From sequence record OP889247.1: a stretch of DNA of 64,000 nucleotides; one strand, written 5' to 3'. A program made the translations under genes and the position numbers. Below the pieces are notes generated by a model, which was given only the letters and a program-made list of their open reading frames with translations, made no database searches and was not told where the DNA came from. This document shows positions 9,694-18,075 of this stretch, piece after piece; the stretch's first letter is position 1, and each line of letters opens with the position of its first letter.

Positions 9694-10020
9694 ATGAAAC
9701 AAGTTCATAAAGACGATATTTGTGTCGTAACACGCTCTGAAGTTGATGTTAATCGTTACTATGGACGTGGTAATAAAAACAAACTTAATTTTCCAATGTT
9801 GAAATTTCAAGATAGTAGTGAGGTCATTAACGAGAATGGATTCACTTTAGAAGGTGTTATCGCTTGCACTATCGATCGTTTGGAACACTTTAATACTGGA
9901 CAGTTTAAATGTGATCACAACGATCGTGCTTTGGAACATCTTCGCGGTGCATTGAAAGAACTTAATGACCGAGTAGAGGATCGTAAAGCGCGAAATGTTT
10001 ACAACACCGACAAAGCTTAG
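9694..10020 (+). CDS. tad1: Tad1-family cyclic-nucleotide sponge (anti-Thoeris / anti-CBASS)
   Basis: KFQ..(N)G...DRL..F..G.F.C..N..AL.HL..AL..LN.RVEDR..RNV..T matches the Tad1 signature as recalled (e.g. RVEDRIERNVLGT). Confidence 0.8.
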   Translation: MKQVHKDDICVVTRSEVDVNRYYGRGNKNKLNFPMLKFQDSSEVINENGFTLEGVIACTIDRLEHFNTGQFKCDHNDRALEHLRGALKELNDRVEDRKARNVYNTDKA

Positions 10021-10028
10021 GAGTTAAC

Positions 10029-10517
10029 ATGGGTGCTGGATACGCCTCTTTCCAGATGGATTTGAAAAGTGCTGTAGCGATTAATACAGCAATTGAAAAA
10101 GAAGAGATTAAGTGTGCTGATGACTTTCACGAGAAGTTAGCAACTAAGATTAACATTGTAGCTAATGATCTTCACGCAACATTGATGTATGACAAACGAG
10201 ATCCGGATATTAGCCCAGGAATCAATCGTAAATCATACAAAGCTAAGGTAATCGACGTAGAGAAGCTAGGAGTACCCGGTAAGCAATTCTACGCCCTAGT
10301 CCTTACTCTTGAGTCAGAAGAGATCCAGAAACGTTTTAAAGAGCTCCTAGATCTTGGGTTTGAACACTCTTTCCCAGAGCTTAAACTCCATTGTAGTTTG
10401 TATTATGGGGATGGAACTGAACTGTGTTATAAGTTCATGAAACGTTTGTTCGATGAAGGTAAACTGCCAGAATACATTACACTTTGTAATGAGAACTGGA
10501 ATGCTTGCAAAGACTAA
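10029..10517 (+). CDS. acb1: Acb1-family 2H phosphodiesterase (anti-CBASS nuclease, T4 gp57B-like)
   Basis: Two HxT/S motifs (LHATLMY, LHCSLYY), plus LVLTLES, LGFEHSF and a C-terminal E..W lid, as in T4 Acb1. Confidence 0.82.
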   Translation: MGAGYASFQMDLKSAVAINTAIEKEEIKCADDFHEKLATKINIVANDLHATLMYDKRDPDISPGINRKSYKAKVIDVEKLGVPGKQFYALVLTLESEEIQKRFKELLDLGFEHSFPELKLHCSLYYGDGTELCYKFMKRLFDEGKLPEYITLCNENWNACKD

Positions 10518-10525
10518 CATTTAAG

Positions 10526-10559
10526 ATCCATAGATTTTCAAACCTATATTACTAGAGTG
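10526..10559 (+). promoter_or_regulatory. Early promoter
   Basis: ATCCATAGATTTTCAAACCTATATTACTAGAGTG; 10520-10554 is identical to 34340-34374. Confidence 0.8.
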
Positions 10560-10611
10560 ATAAATAGAATATGTATTTTCAACTCTACAGATATAGATAA
10601 GGAATCTCATC

Positions 10612-10755
10612 ATGACTTCAGGTCAATACTTCGGACTCGCTTTCTTTGCCCCTATGATGGTAGTTACCTTCTCTATGTTGGGTTTCTATTATTATAACCG
10701 GTGGAAAGAAAACAAAGCTAAGAAAGGTCCTATGGCTACCTTTAATAAGCGTTAA
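10612..10755 (+). CDS. Small single-pass membrane protein (47 aa), absent from the ORF track
   Basis: AAGGA SD, then MTSGQYFGLAFFAPMMVVTFSMLGFYYYNRWKENKAKKGPMATFNKR*; lies between an early promoter and a hairpin. Confidence 0.72.
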   Translation: MTSGQYFGLAFFAPMMVVTFSMLGFYYYNRWKENKAKKGPMATFNKR

Positions 10756-10763
10756 GTTATACG

Positions 10764-10793
10764 TTGCTACTCTCCCAATTGGGAGAGTAGCAA
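10764..10793. terminator. Perfect 30-bp palindrome / terminator
   Basis: TTGCTACTCTCCC-AATT-GGGAGAGTAGCAA. Confidence 0.7.
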
Positions 10794-10837
10794 TATTAAG
10801 AATGATAAATTTTTTGTTTAAATTTAAGGAGTAGTGT

Positions 10838-11251
10838 ATGCCAAAAGGTGTAGTTGCTACCATGGATACTTTAGGATATGTTAAAGAACCTACCGTAAAG
10901 ATAGATCGACTCATTGCATATTGGTTTGCAAACCGTATTGATCAATCTATTATCCTCACTGGTATTTATAGTTATCAATATGTTGTTGCAAGACATCAGA
11001 ACGATTTCCAGATTGATAACTTTATTAAAGATATGGAAGAAAGTTTACGTTCCTATCTTTTAGAGTGTTTCACAGGTGTCGAAGTGGTGGTTAGATCACC
11101 AGATTACGAACCAGTTAAAAAGATGTTTACATTAGCAGTATCTGGACAAGTAGAAGAAGACGGTAAGCTGTATGATTTAGCAACGTCAGTTTCTGTTAAT
11201 GGTAAGACATTCGAATTAATTCAAAAAGGAAGGAAAGAATATGCAAGGTAA
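10838..11251 (+). CDS. Conserved hypothetical protein
   Basis: AAGGAG SD, 137 aa, first gene of a run of overlapping ORFs. Confidence 0.7.
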   Translation: MPKGVVATMDTLGYVKEPTVKIDRLIAYWFANRIDQSIILTGIYSYQYVVARHQNDFQIDNFIKDMEESLRSYLLECFTGVEVVVRSPDYEPVKKMFTLAVSGQVEEDGKLYDLATSVSVNGKTFELIQKGRKEYAR

Positions 11252-12053
11252 AGAAGTTGCAGGTTTTGAAGGGGTTGATAAATTCGCTCACGGTGATTTG
11301 TTCGAATTCCTAAGTAAGACCTTTGCTTATACAGAAGTGGCTGGACAACGTGTTATTCAAACACCAGATGGTCTATTTGTAGAACACGTGTTGATGGAAG
11401 AAGAGTACTTCGTAGAGAACTGGTTGTCTCAGTTCGCCATTGGTCACGCTGGCGATAAGAACTACTTCGATATGGAGACTTGGAACCAGCTTACTGATAA
11501 CTTCACCAAAGGTGTAATTGTTATCAATGAACAACGTCACCCGGTTCTGATTATTCGCAAGTTCACCGAGATGGTACTACCCGAAGATCTAATGGAGAAA
11601 CTCGCCTTTTGCAGTAACTATGCTTCTAAAGCCAAGTTTGTTACTGACGAAGCTGAAAAGACGGCTTTGATCAAACAGTTTGCTGAACAAGTCAATGCTA
11701 TCACTAACTACGCTGGGGTAGATGAGGATTCTCTAACTAGTTTGATCCCTCCTGCATTCTACGATAAACACAATGTACATCCGCTCACAATGAAACAATT
11801 GATCTACATTCGTGATACGTATAAAGTAGCTGGTCAATCTATCGATCCTGATGGTGATATCTTCAAACGTCTTGAAACCATTATTACTAGATTTAATAAA
11901 GGTGAAAAGATCAACGAGTCCGATAAGAAGTTTGTTCTTGATATTACCCAAAATGAATTTCTTTTTGACTACGAAGACCATTCGGTAGAAGAATCAATTT
12001 CAATCGAAAAAACACCGTCAGAACCTGAAGAATTTGATCCACTTGCGGATTAA
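11241..12053 (+). CDS. Conserved hypothetical protein with acidic C-terminus
   Basis: 270-aa ORF overlapping the upstream stop, with an AAGGA SD. Confidence 0.7.
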   Translation: MQGKEVAGFEGVDKFAHGDLFEFLSKTFAYTEVAGQRVIQTPDGLFVEHVLMEEEYFVENWLSQFAIGHAGDKNYFDMETWNQLTDNFTKGVIVINEQRHPVLIIRKFTEMVLPEDLMEKLAFCSNYASKAKFVTDEAEKTALIKQFAEQVNAITNYAGVDEDSLTSLIPPAFYDKHNVHPLTMKQLIYIRDTYKVAGQSIDPDGDIFKRLETIITRFNKGEKINESDKKFVLDITQNEFLFDYEDHSVEESISIEKTPSEPEEFDPLAD

Positions 12054-12085
12054 ACTAATGAGGGTGTTTACGTTTAGGAACAGAC

Positions 12086-13219
12086 ATGGAAAAAAGATTT
12101 AATGCATTATGGTGTTCTGATCAACACACGTTACACCCTCATACCTCCACCCAACACATTTTGGATAACTTAAGTCGTTTCTATTACAAAGATAACAACT
12201 TAAGTGATATAGATCTAAGTGTTTGGGGTGGAGACTTCTTCCATGACTTAGCGCCAGCTAATGACAGTAATCTGTTGTTAGTACACCGCTGGGTTAAAAA
12301 GTACCTACATAGTTGTCATGAACGTAAAGTCCATGTAAGAATATTAGAAGGAACATCTTCCCACGATTGGGGTCAGCCAGAGACATTGGAAGTACTAAAG
12401 CCAAAAGGTTCACCTTATATCAAATACATTAACACGTTGAGCATTGAGTTTATTCCAGAACTAGATATCAATGTAATGTATGTTCCTGATAACTTTGGTA
12501 AAACTTCCACTGAAGATATTTATGATCAAGCGGTTGAACTATTGGCTAATCATAACTTAACTCAAGTGGATTTTATCTTCTTACATGGCGGGTTTGTATT
12601 TCAGCTTCCACCAGTTGCCAATAAACACGGTACATTGTACGATGAATTGAAATGGAGTAAGTTAGCTAAACACGCTATCTTCTCAGGTCATATCCATAAA
12701 CCCGGACAGAAATACAACATCTATTGTTCTGGTTCTTTTGATCGTATAGCTCATGGCGAAATGCATCCAAAGGGTGCTTACAAGTTCTCGTTTAACAAAG
12801 AACACTTTAGTGCTTCGTTCTATGAGAATACTTACGCACAGATCTACGATACGATCCAGATAACTCCAGAAACTAATGTTAAACAACTTACCAAGATCAT
12901 TGATAACTATTTAAGGAAATCTCCACCACCTAAAACACGTATTAAAGTTAAAGGTGGTTTATCAGCGGTAACAGTAGCTTTAGTAAATGAGTACAAAGAT
13001 CAATATCCGATGTACCATTTTGAAACCGATAATGTTAAGGAAGAGAATATTGATATAGATGCTACTCTGTATTCTCCAGAAGACTATAAAGCTATTACAT
13101 TGACCAAAGATAACCTTAAAGCTAACTTGTTTAATTTCATGGAACCAACTATCGGTCAGAACGACGACATAGATAAAGCGTACCTTGAACAGTTATTAGA
13201 CGAGGTAATGAATGGTTAA
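12086..13219 (+). CDS. sbcD: SbcD/Mre11-like metallophosphoesterase nuclease (phiKZ gp65-like)
   Basis: Calcineurin-like motifs SDQH, GGDFFH, GTSSHD, LHGGF and SGHIH, followed by GSFDR. Confidence 0.85.
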   Translation: MEKRFNALWCSDQHTLHPHTSTQHILDNLSRFYYKDNNLSDIDLSVWGGDFFHDLAPANDSNLLLVHRWVKKYLHSCHERKVHVRILEGTSSHDWGQPETLEVLKPKGSPYIKYINTLSIEFIPELDINVMYVPDNFGKTSTEDIYDQAVELLANHNLTQVDFIFLHGGFVFQLPPVANKHGTLYDELKWSKLAKHAIFSGHIHKPGQKYNIYCSGSFDRIAHGEMHPKGAYKFSFNKEHFSASFYENTYAQIYDTIQITPETNVKQLTKIIDNYLRKSPPPKTRIKVKGGLSAVTVALVNEYKDQYPMYHFETDNVKEENIDIDATLYSPEDYKAITLTKDNLKANLFNFMEPTIGQNDDIDKAYLEQLLDEVMNG

Positions 13220-14024
13220 CCGTACACTAGGTACTGTACCGATAAGTGTCGGTACTGCAATGGCTATAGAAGCTCTCCAGAGCGCTCCTATGCACAGATA
13301 CCAAACACTCCTCGTCAATCTGCGTACTGTGGTGAGAAACGCAAGAGAAGCGTTTGAGGAGTCTCCTAGCGAAACTGAACTTTTTAATGCAGCTAAAGAT
13401 GATGTGGTAGGGATTGCGAATTACATTGCTGAACTTAAGTTAAAAACATTGCTTGATATTAAGTTCTATTATCCGAGTTATCAAGCTCTACCAAGACTCT
13501 TCCCATTAGCTAAATTAAAGGAACAGGATCCTAGTAAACTAGTTAATCCAAAAGAAGAGAACAGAAAGAAAAAGATCATCCTTGATAATAATGTACTAAA
13601 ACGTCTTATTAAAGAGTTTGATAAGTTTGTTTCTCAAGTGGATTCAAGTATTCCACAGTTCTCAGGAGATGGATTAATCATCACTCATCATCCTGTTGAT
13701 TTAGTAACAACAGAAAGTTACCACAGGTTGCATCTATTAGAATCACACACTGGATCGATAAAAGGTTACGTTCAGTTTTACACTAAACTAACCGGGGGGA
13801 AAGAGCTGACCAATATCCCATTGAACAAACTGACTATTCAGATCTTTGGTGATAATGCGGTTAACTTCATGTCCCAGTCAATCTCAGTGAAAAACGAAAT
13901 CAAAGCGTTGGCTAAATCAGTACCTTGGAGTACTGCATCCACCCCAAGCTTTATTGCAAGTACAATTCGACGGATGCCGAGTTCTGCAGCAGAACGTGAC
14001 ATTCTACTCAAAATGATTAAGTAA
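13212..14024 (+). CDS. Conserved phiKZ gp66-like protein (possibly degenerate PIN/FEN-like fold)
   Basis: 270 aa, between SbcD and the ChmC-like gene; the fold assignment is only a guess. Confidence 0.6.
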   Translation: MVNRTLGTVPISVGTAMAIEALQSAPMHRYQTLLVNLRTVVRNAREAFEESPSETELFNAAKDDVVGIANYIAELKLKTLLDIKFYYPSYQALPRLFPLAKLKEQDPSKLVNPKEENRKKKIILDNNVLKRLIKEFDKFVSQVDSSIPQFSGDGLIITHHPVDLVTTESYHRLHLLESHTGSIKGYVQFYTKLTGGKELTNIPLNKLTIQIFGDNAVNFMSQSISVKNEIKALAKSVPWSTASTPSFIASTIRRMPSSAAERDILLKMIK

Positions 14025-14037
14025 AAGGAATATTAAC

Positions 14038-14784
14038 ATGTCTCAACAACAAGCTTTCCAACGTCGCCCTTCCTTGATTTCAAATGACTATCGATACCCC
14101 GCACCAATGTCCCGTGAACCTGTAGACGGTGCTAAGTACCCAGCCCGCTGGACCTGGGAACAAGGTCTGGATGGTAAAATCTATTTCAAAGTTAACGATG
14201 GTGTATTTGGTAAAGATGACCGCAACGCCAAAATGAAAGAAGTAGAAATGTCTGCCATGGATCGTCTGTCTCTATTCGAACTAATGAAAGATGCTTGCGA
14301 CAACGCCAACTTTACCAAAACACAATACCACGTTAAGAAGGTTACATTTGGCGCCGGTGGTCGTTTGAACGAACATCCATCCACCCTTGGTATTTTTACC
14401 GTTATGCGTAGCCAAGAAGGTCGCATCTCGGTAGGTTACACCAAAGGTTCTTACAAAGTTATGTTTGAATTCAAATCACCATTTGATTCAATGATTATGG
14501 TCGCTAAAGACGGTGAACCTTGCGAAGAACCGGGTTTGATGAGCCGTGTATATTGTAAAGCATTTATCAATTTCTACGGTCCGTATCTTAACGAGCTAGA
14601 GATCGCTGGTTACAAACCTCGCGAAAGCAAGAACGCTGGTGGTAATAACAACTCCAGCGGTAACAGCGGTTGGAATAACAACCGTGCTGGGAATGGTGGC
14701 AATAACTGGAATGGTAACGGTGGTAACAATAACTCCCAACGTAAACCTGATCCCACTTCTTTTGATGATGACATTGACTTCTAA
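14038..14784 (+). CDS. chmC: ChmC-like nucleus-associated nucleic-acid-binding protein (phiKZ gp67-like)
   Basis: 248 aa, directly upstream of the gp68-like and PicA-like genes. Beta-rich core, G/N-rich disordered tail and acidic end DPTSFDDDIDF. Confidence 0.65.
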   Translation: MSQQQAFQRRPSLISNDYRYPAPMSREPVDGAKYPARWTWEQGLDGKIYFKVNDGVFGKDDRNAKMKEVEMSAMDRLSLFELMKDACDNANFTKTQYHVKKVTFGAGGRLNEHPSTLGIFTVMRSQEGRISVGYTKGSYKVMFEFKSPFDSMIMVAKDGEPCEEPGLMSRVYCKAFINFYGPYLNELEIAGYKPRESKNAGGNNNSSGNSGWNNNRAGNGGNNWNGNGGNNNSQRKPDPTSFDDDIDF

Positions 14785-14806
14785 GAAAAACTTTTAACAC
14801 ATTTAA

Positions 14807-14833
14807 AGAGAGAAGGCTTAAAGCCTTCTCTCT
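14807..14833 (+). terminator. Intrinsic terminator
   Basis: AGAGAGAAGGC-TTAAA-GCCTTCTCTCT after the stop codon. Confidence 0.7.
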
Positions 14834-14852
14834 ATTATATCTATTTTTACTG

Positions 14853-14886
14853 TTCTATATTTTTTCAGATAGATATTATTTAAGTG
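14853..14886 (+). promoter_or_regulatory. Early-type promoter (GATATTAT variant)
   Basis: TTCTATATTTTTTCAGATAGATATTATTTAAGTG aligns without gaps to the chimallin promoter. Confidence 0.65.
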
Positions 14887-14899
14887 TTATTCTAGGGGA

Positions 14900-16510
14900 G
14901 TGTTTAAAATGCGCTATAGCACTGTACTTTCTGGGAAACGACGGATTGATTCTGTTGTCGTTTCTCACAATAATGAACAGATTGAATTTAAGGGAACACA
15001 AACAGTTTGCGGTGGTGATGCCGACCAAGAGTTGTTTGAATTCATGAACATCTTCTTTGAAGGTTGTCGTGATAGTACAATGGATCAATTGTGGAATTTG
15101 TTTAAGGAAGGTAAACGAATTCTTCAGCCTGGTTATTTCGAGGAAGCAGAAACTGCCGAATTATCAGAACTTCGCGAACGTAGTTTGGATTATCAGTTCC
15201 TAATCGAGAAGCTGAGTCCTATTATCAAACGTATGTATGAGCTGGTCACACCCAATGAGATTGCTTACGCAGCGCAAGTAACAGGTCGTACTGTGGCACC
15301 TAAAGACTTGATGCGTATGGCGGCAATGGGGGACTATCCAGAAGAGACCACTATTGATAATGACAAGTATGCTGAGTTGGTTAAACTAGCTTTCACAGCT
15401 CAACTTTGTTTCCCTCTTATTAACCAGTTGTTAGATCAGATCAACGAGGTAACTGGTAAAGAGTATCAGTACGCAGTAGTAGGTAGTATGATTTCTCAAA
15501 TCCCTAGTATCGTAGAGATACCTGGTTGGAAAATCATGGATACATATATCCGCGCTAGCTGTGCTCGCAAAGATAGTAAACGGGAAAATACCGACGTAGT
15601 ATCTGAGGAACGATATGTAGATTATATCGTATTCGAGGGACTGTTTAGTAAACTCTCTTTGTCATTTATACCAAGTCAGCTCAAAGACAAGAACTTGTCC
15701 AAAGAGTTAAACTCGTTAGTAGAAGGAAAGATCCGTAAAGAACAATCTACTAAGTTTACACGGTTCTCTGAAAGTAAACCAGGTAGTGACGATCAATCAA
15801 TTCCTGAAAGTTATCGTATTGCCCAAACAGTAAACGGTTCTGACGAAGAAGCGATGGCGGAGTTCTTCTCATTTGGGATGTTTGATGAAGAAGATAAACC
15901 CCGTTATAAAGACATCTTTAAACACCAAGCAAAAGCCCTTGGAATTAAAGCTGAGAAAACTGTGGAGAAGTTGTTCCATAATCTTCCAACTGTTTGGGAT
16001 TTTCGTTTCACTAACATTCAGAATCAATTACTCCAGTTAGCATTTATTGATGATATTAACTATTATCTTTATCCTGCTATGGATTATCGACAGCTAACTG
16101 CCGCAATGTGTTTAGCACAAGTTAAACTATTTGAACAAGGTTATGAGCATCTTGCTCAATTAGTCTGTGCTATGCGTTCTAACGCTGTTCCAATTACTTA
16201 CATGGGGGATGAATTCAAACTCTCTACCAAAGAGCGAGAAGATCTAATTGATCTGTGTTATATCTATGTGGGGCAATCCACTGCTAGTACAGATAACATG
16301 TTAGTGATGTCGGTACAATCCTTCCTAGATGAATTAGCGGCTTCTGGGTGGGAATCTAATATTGAACCAGGATTATTGGGAAATCAGAAGTTTCTTGATG
16401 CAATGTCACCTGGTGACATGTATCCCATTGATCTAGTACCAGAGATTAAACGTGAGTTACTTGCGTTGATTACTCAAACCCATAGTGTAGAAAAAGAAAA
16501 CGAGGAATAA
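14900..16510 (+). CDS. nvRNAP promoter-specificity (sigma-like) subunit, phiKZ gp68-like
   Basis: 536 aa, helical; synteny and size match gp68. Confidence 0.75.
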   Translation: MFKMRYSTVLSGKRRIDSVVVSHNNEQIEFKGTQTVCGGDADQELFEFMNIFFEGCRDSTMDQLWNLFKEGKRILQPGYFEEAETAELSELRERSLDYQFLIEKLSPIIKRMYELVTPNEIAYAAQVTGRTVAPKDLMRMAAMGDYPEETTIDNDKYAELVKLAFTAQLCFPLINQLLDQINEVTGKEYQYAVVGSMISQIPSIVEIPGWKIMDTYIRASCARKDSKRENTDVVSEERYVDYIVFEGLFSKLSLSFIPSQLKDKNLSKELNSLVEGKIRKEQSTKFTRFSESKPGSDDQSIPESYRIAQTVNGSDEEAMAEFFSFGMFDEEDKPRYKDIFKHQAKALGIKAEKTVEKLFHNLPTVWDFRFTNIQNQLLQLAFIDDINYYLYPAMDYRQLTAAMCLAQVKLFEQGYEHLAQLVCAMRSNAVPITYMGDEFKLSTKEREDLIDLCYIYVGQSTASTDNMLVMSVQSFLDELAASGWESNIEPGLLGNQKFLDAMSPGDMYPIDLVPEIKRELLALITQTHSVEKENEE

Positions 16511-16515
16511 ATAAA

Positions 16516-18054
16516 ATGCAACTAGTTAACGCTCAAGTCGGCCTGACCAACCTGTACCCTGATCAAGTAATCCGTAATCCAGCAGTGAACATGGATAACC
16601 AGGTAATCGATACCTTGGTTTCTGAGAATCTGCAAGGTGGTGTAAACGAACGTTCCCTGTTAACAGCTGCTGCTCTTTCAGGTGGGCTTAATGCTCAAGC
16701 TACTGGGTTCGCTACTATCCAGAATGGTTGGAATGATAGTAAGGGTCTGATGAAGCTGGATTTCATTATTCAGGATTCTCCAGTAGCAGTCCAATACATG
16801 CACGTGATTGGTTATATCCATAATAACAACTCACAAGGTCTTGACCTGAATGCTATATTTGTTCCGCAGTTCAGCTGGAAAAGTGAAGACCGGATGGTGG
16901 GTTCTGGTTTGCTGGATATGCCAACTACTACCAAGCGTACCATTGGGCAACGTACCGATTACCTGATGAACGATGGTTCAGCTTCTGATCAAATGGTTAC
17001 CATGCGTCCCGGTGATGTAGTGGAGTATGCGCTTAACAACGCGACTCAGCAATCCATTATCGATCAAATGGAAGCCGAAGGTCTGGAAGGGATGACCCCA
17101 GTTGGTACAGTGGCTGGTTCTAATATCTCGCGGGTGGGTGTAATTGCATCCAAACGGGGTAACCTGAACCCTGCTGGTTATGCTGCTGACATCCTGGGTG
17201 CTGGGTTATCTGTTCAACGTGGTCAGAGGGTATACCAGGGCGGAACCGAAATGGATGGTGTCATCCAAGGTCACGGGGAAGGTTTGTTCGGAGAACTAGC
17301 GAACTCTGCACATCAAGTAAGTGGTACTGAACCTGCTATCATGCGTGACAACTTCTTTGCTGAAATGTCATCTATGCTTGGTAATGTTCGTATGGCTGGG
17401 TTTACCGGCTATACCATTAATGACCTACTGATGGTATTCGACAACCTGAACGAAGTACTTGACCTTACTTTGTTTGATGCTGAACAATACCGTGTGGATG
17501 ATCTTTCTCTGAGTTGTGAAAGTATGGGTACTTCTCAGCTCGCCGAGTTCGTCAGTCACGAAATCATGATGAACGTTATGGATCTGCTGATCAAGTACGG
17601 TCTGACCACAATTTCTTTCCGTGGTTCTAACTGCGATAACTTTGGCGGTGACGGTGGTTTGAGTAACATTGTTATTCTTCCGTATAACGTAACATCGTTG
17701 ACTGAGAATGATTTTGACATGGGTTCTAAAGCAGAAGCTTTTGTAACTGCACTGACTAATCAGATCTTCACCAAACTCAATGGCATCAGTATTAACCAGT
17801 TGACTCCGATTCGTTTTGATGTCCACGCAGAACTCTTTGGTACCACCACTATTAATATGTGTGTAGTAACCGAAGATAACATCTCAACCGGATTCTCCAT
17901 GAATGACGCTGGATCAGTCTCTGGGATGCAATCTCGTACCTTCCCGACTTTTGCTATTAACAACGCTTCCTCTATTCTGGGTAATGATTCTACCGCGATC
18001 CAGATGGGTGCTAACTTCTATAGCAACATTAACGAATACTTCACCGGCTACTAA
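16516..18054 (+). CDS. picA: PicA/Imp1-like nuclear protein import factor (phiKZ gp69-like)
   Basis: 512 aa, directly after the gp68-like gene in the conserved Chimalliviridae block. Confidence 0.68.
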   Translation: MQLVNAQVGLTNLYPDQVIRNPAVNMDNQVIDTLVSENLQGGVNERSLLTAAALSGGLNAQATGFATIQNGWNDSKGLMKLDFIIQDSPVAVQYMHVIGYIHNNNSQGLDLNAIFVPQFSWKSEDRMVGSGLLDMPTTTKRTIGQRTDYLMNDGSASDQMVTMRPGDVVEYALNNATQQSIIDQMEAEGLEGMTPVGTVAGSNISRVGVIASKRGNLNPAGYAADILGAGLSVQRGQRVYQGGTEMDGVIQGHGEGLFGELANSAHQVSGTEPAIMRDNFFAEMSSMLGNVRMAGFTGYTINDLLMVFDNLNEVLDLTLFDAEQYRVDDLSLSCESMGTSQLAEFVSHEIMMNVMDLLIKYGLTTISFRGSNCDNFGGDGGLSNIVILPYNVTSLTENDFDMGSKAEAFVTALTNQIFTKLNGISINQLTPIRFDVHAELFGTTTINMCVVTEDNISTGFSMNDAGSVSGMQSRTFPTFAINNASSILGNDSTAIQMGANFYSNINEYFTGY

Positions 18055-18075
18055 TTTTAGATGTAAGGATTTACA

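Noticed and set aside
10618-10914. 98-aa ORF on the - strand
   Set aside because: Spans the terminator and opposes two better-supported + strand genes, including the 47-aa ORF with promoter and SD.
14038-14784. Calling this gene a canonical bacterial-type SSB
   Set aside because: The acidic tip is SSB-like, but no OB-fold SSB signature was recognised; position and size fit the ChmC/gp67 family better.
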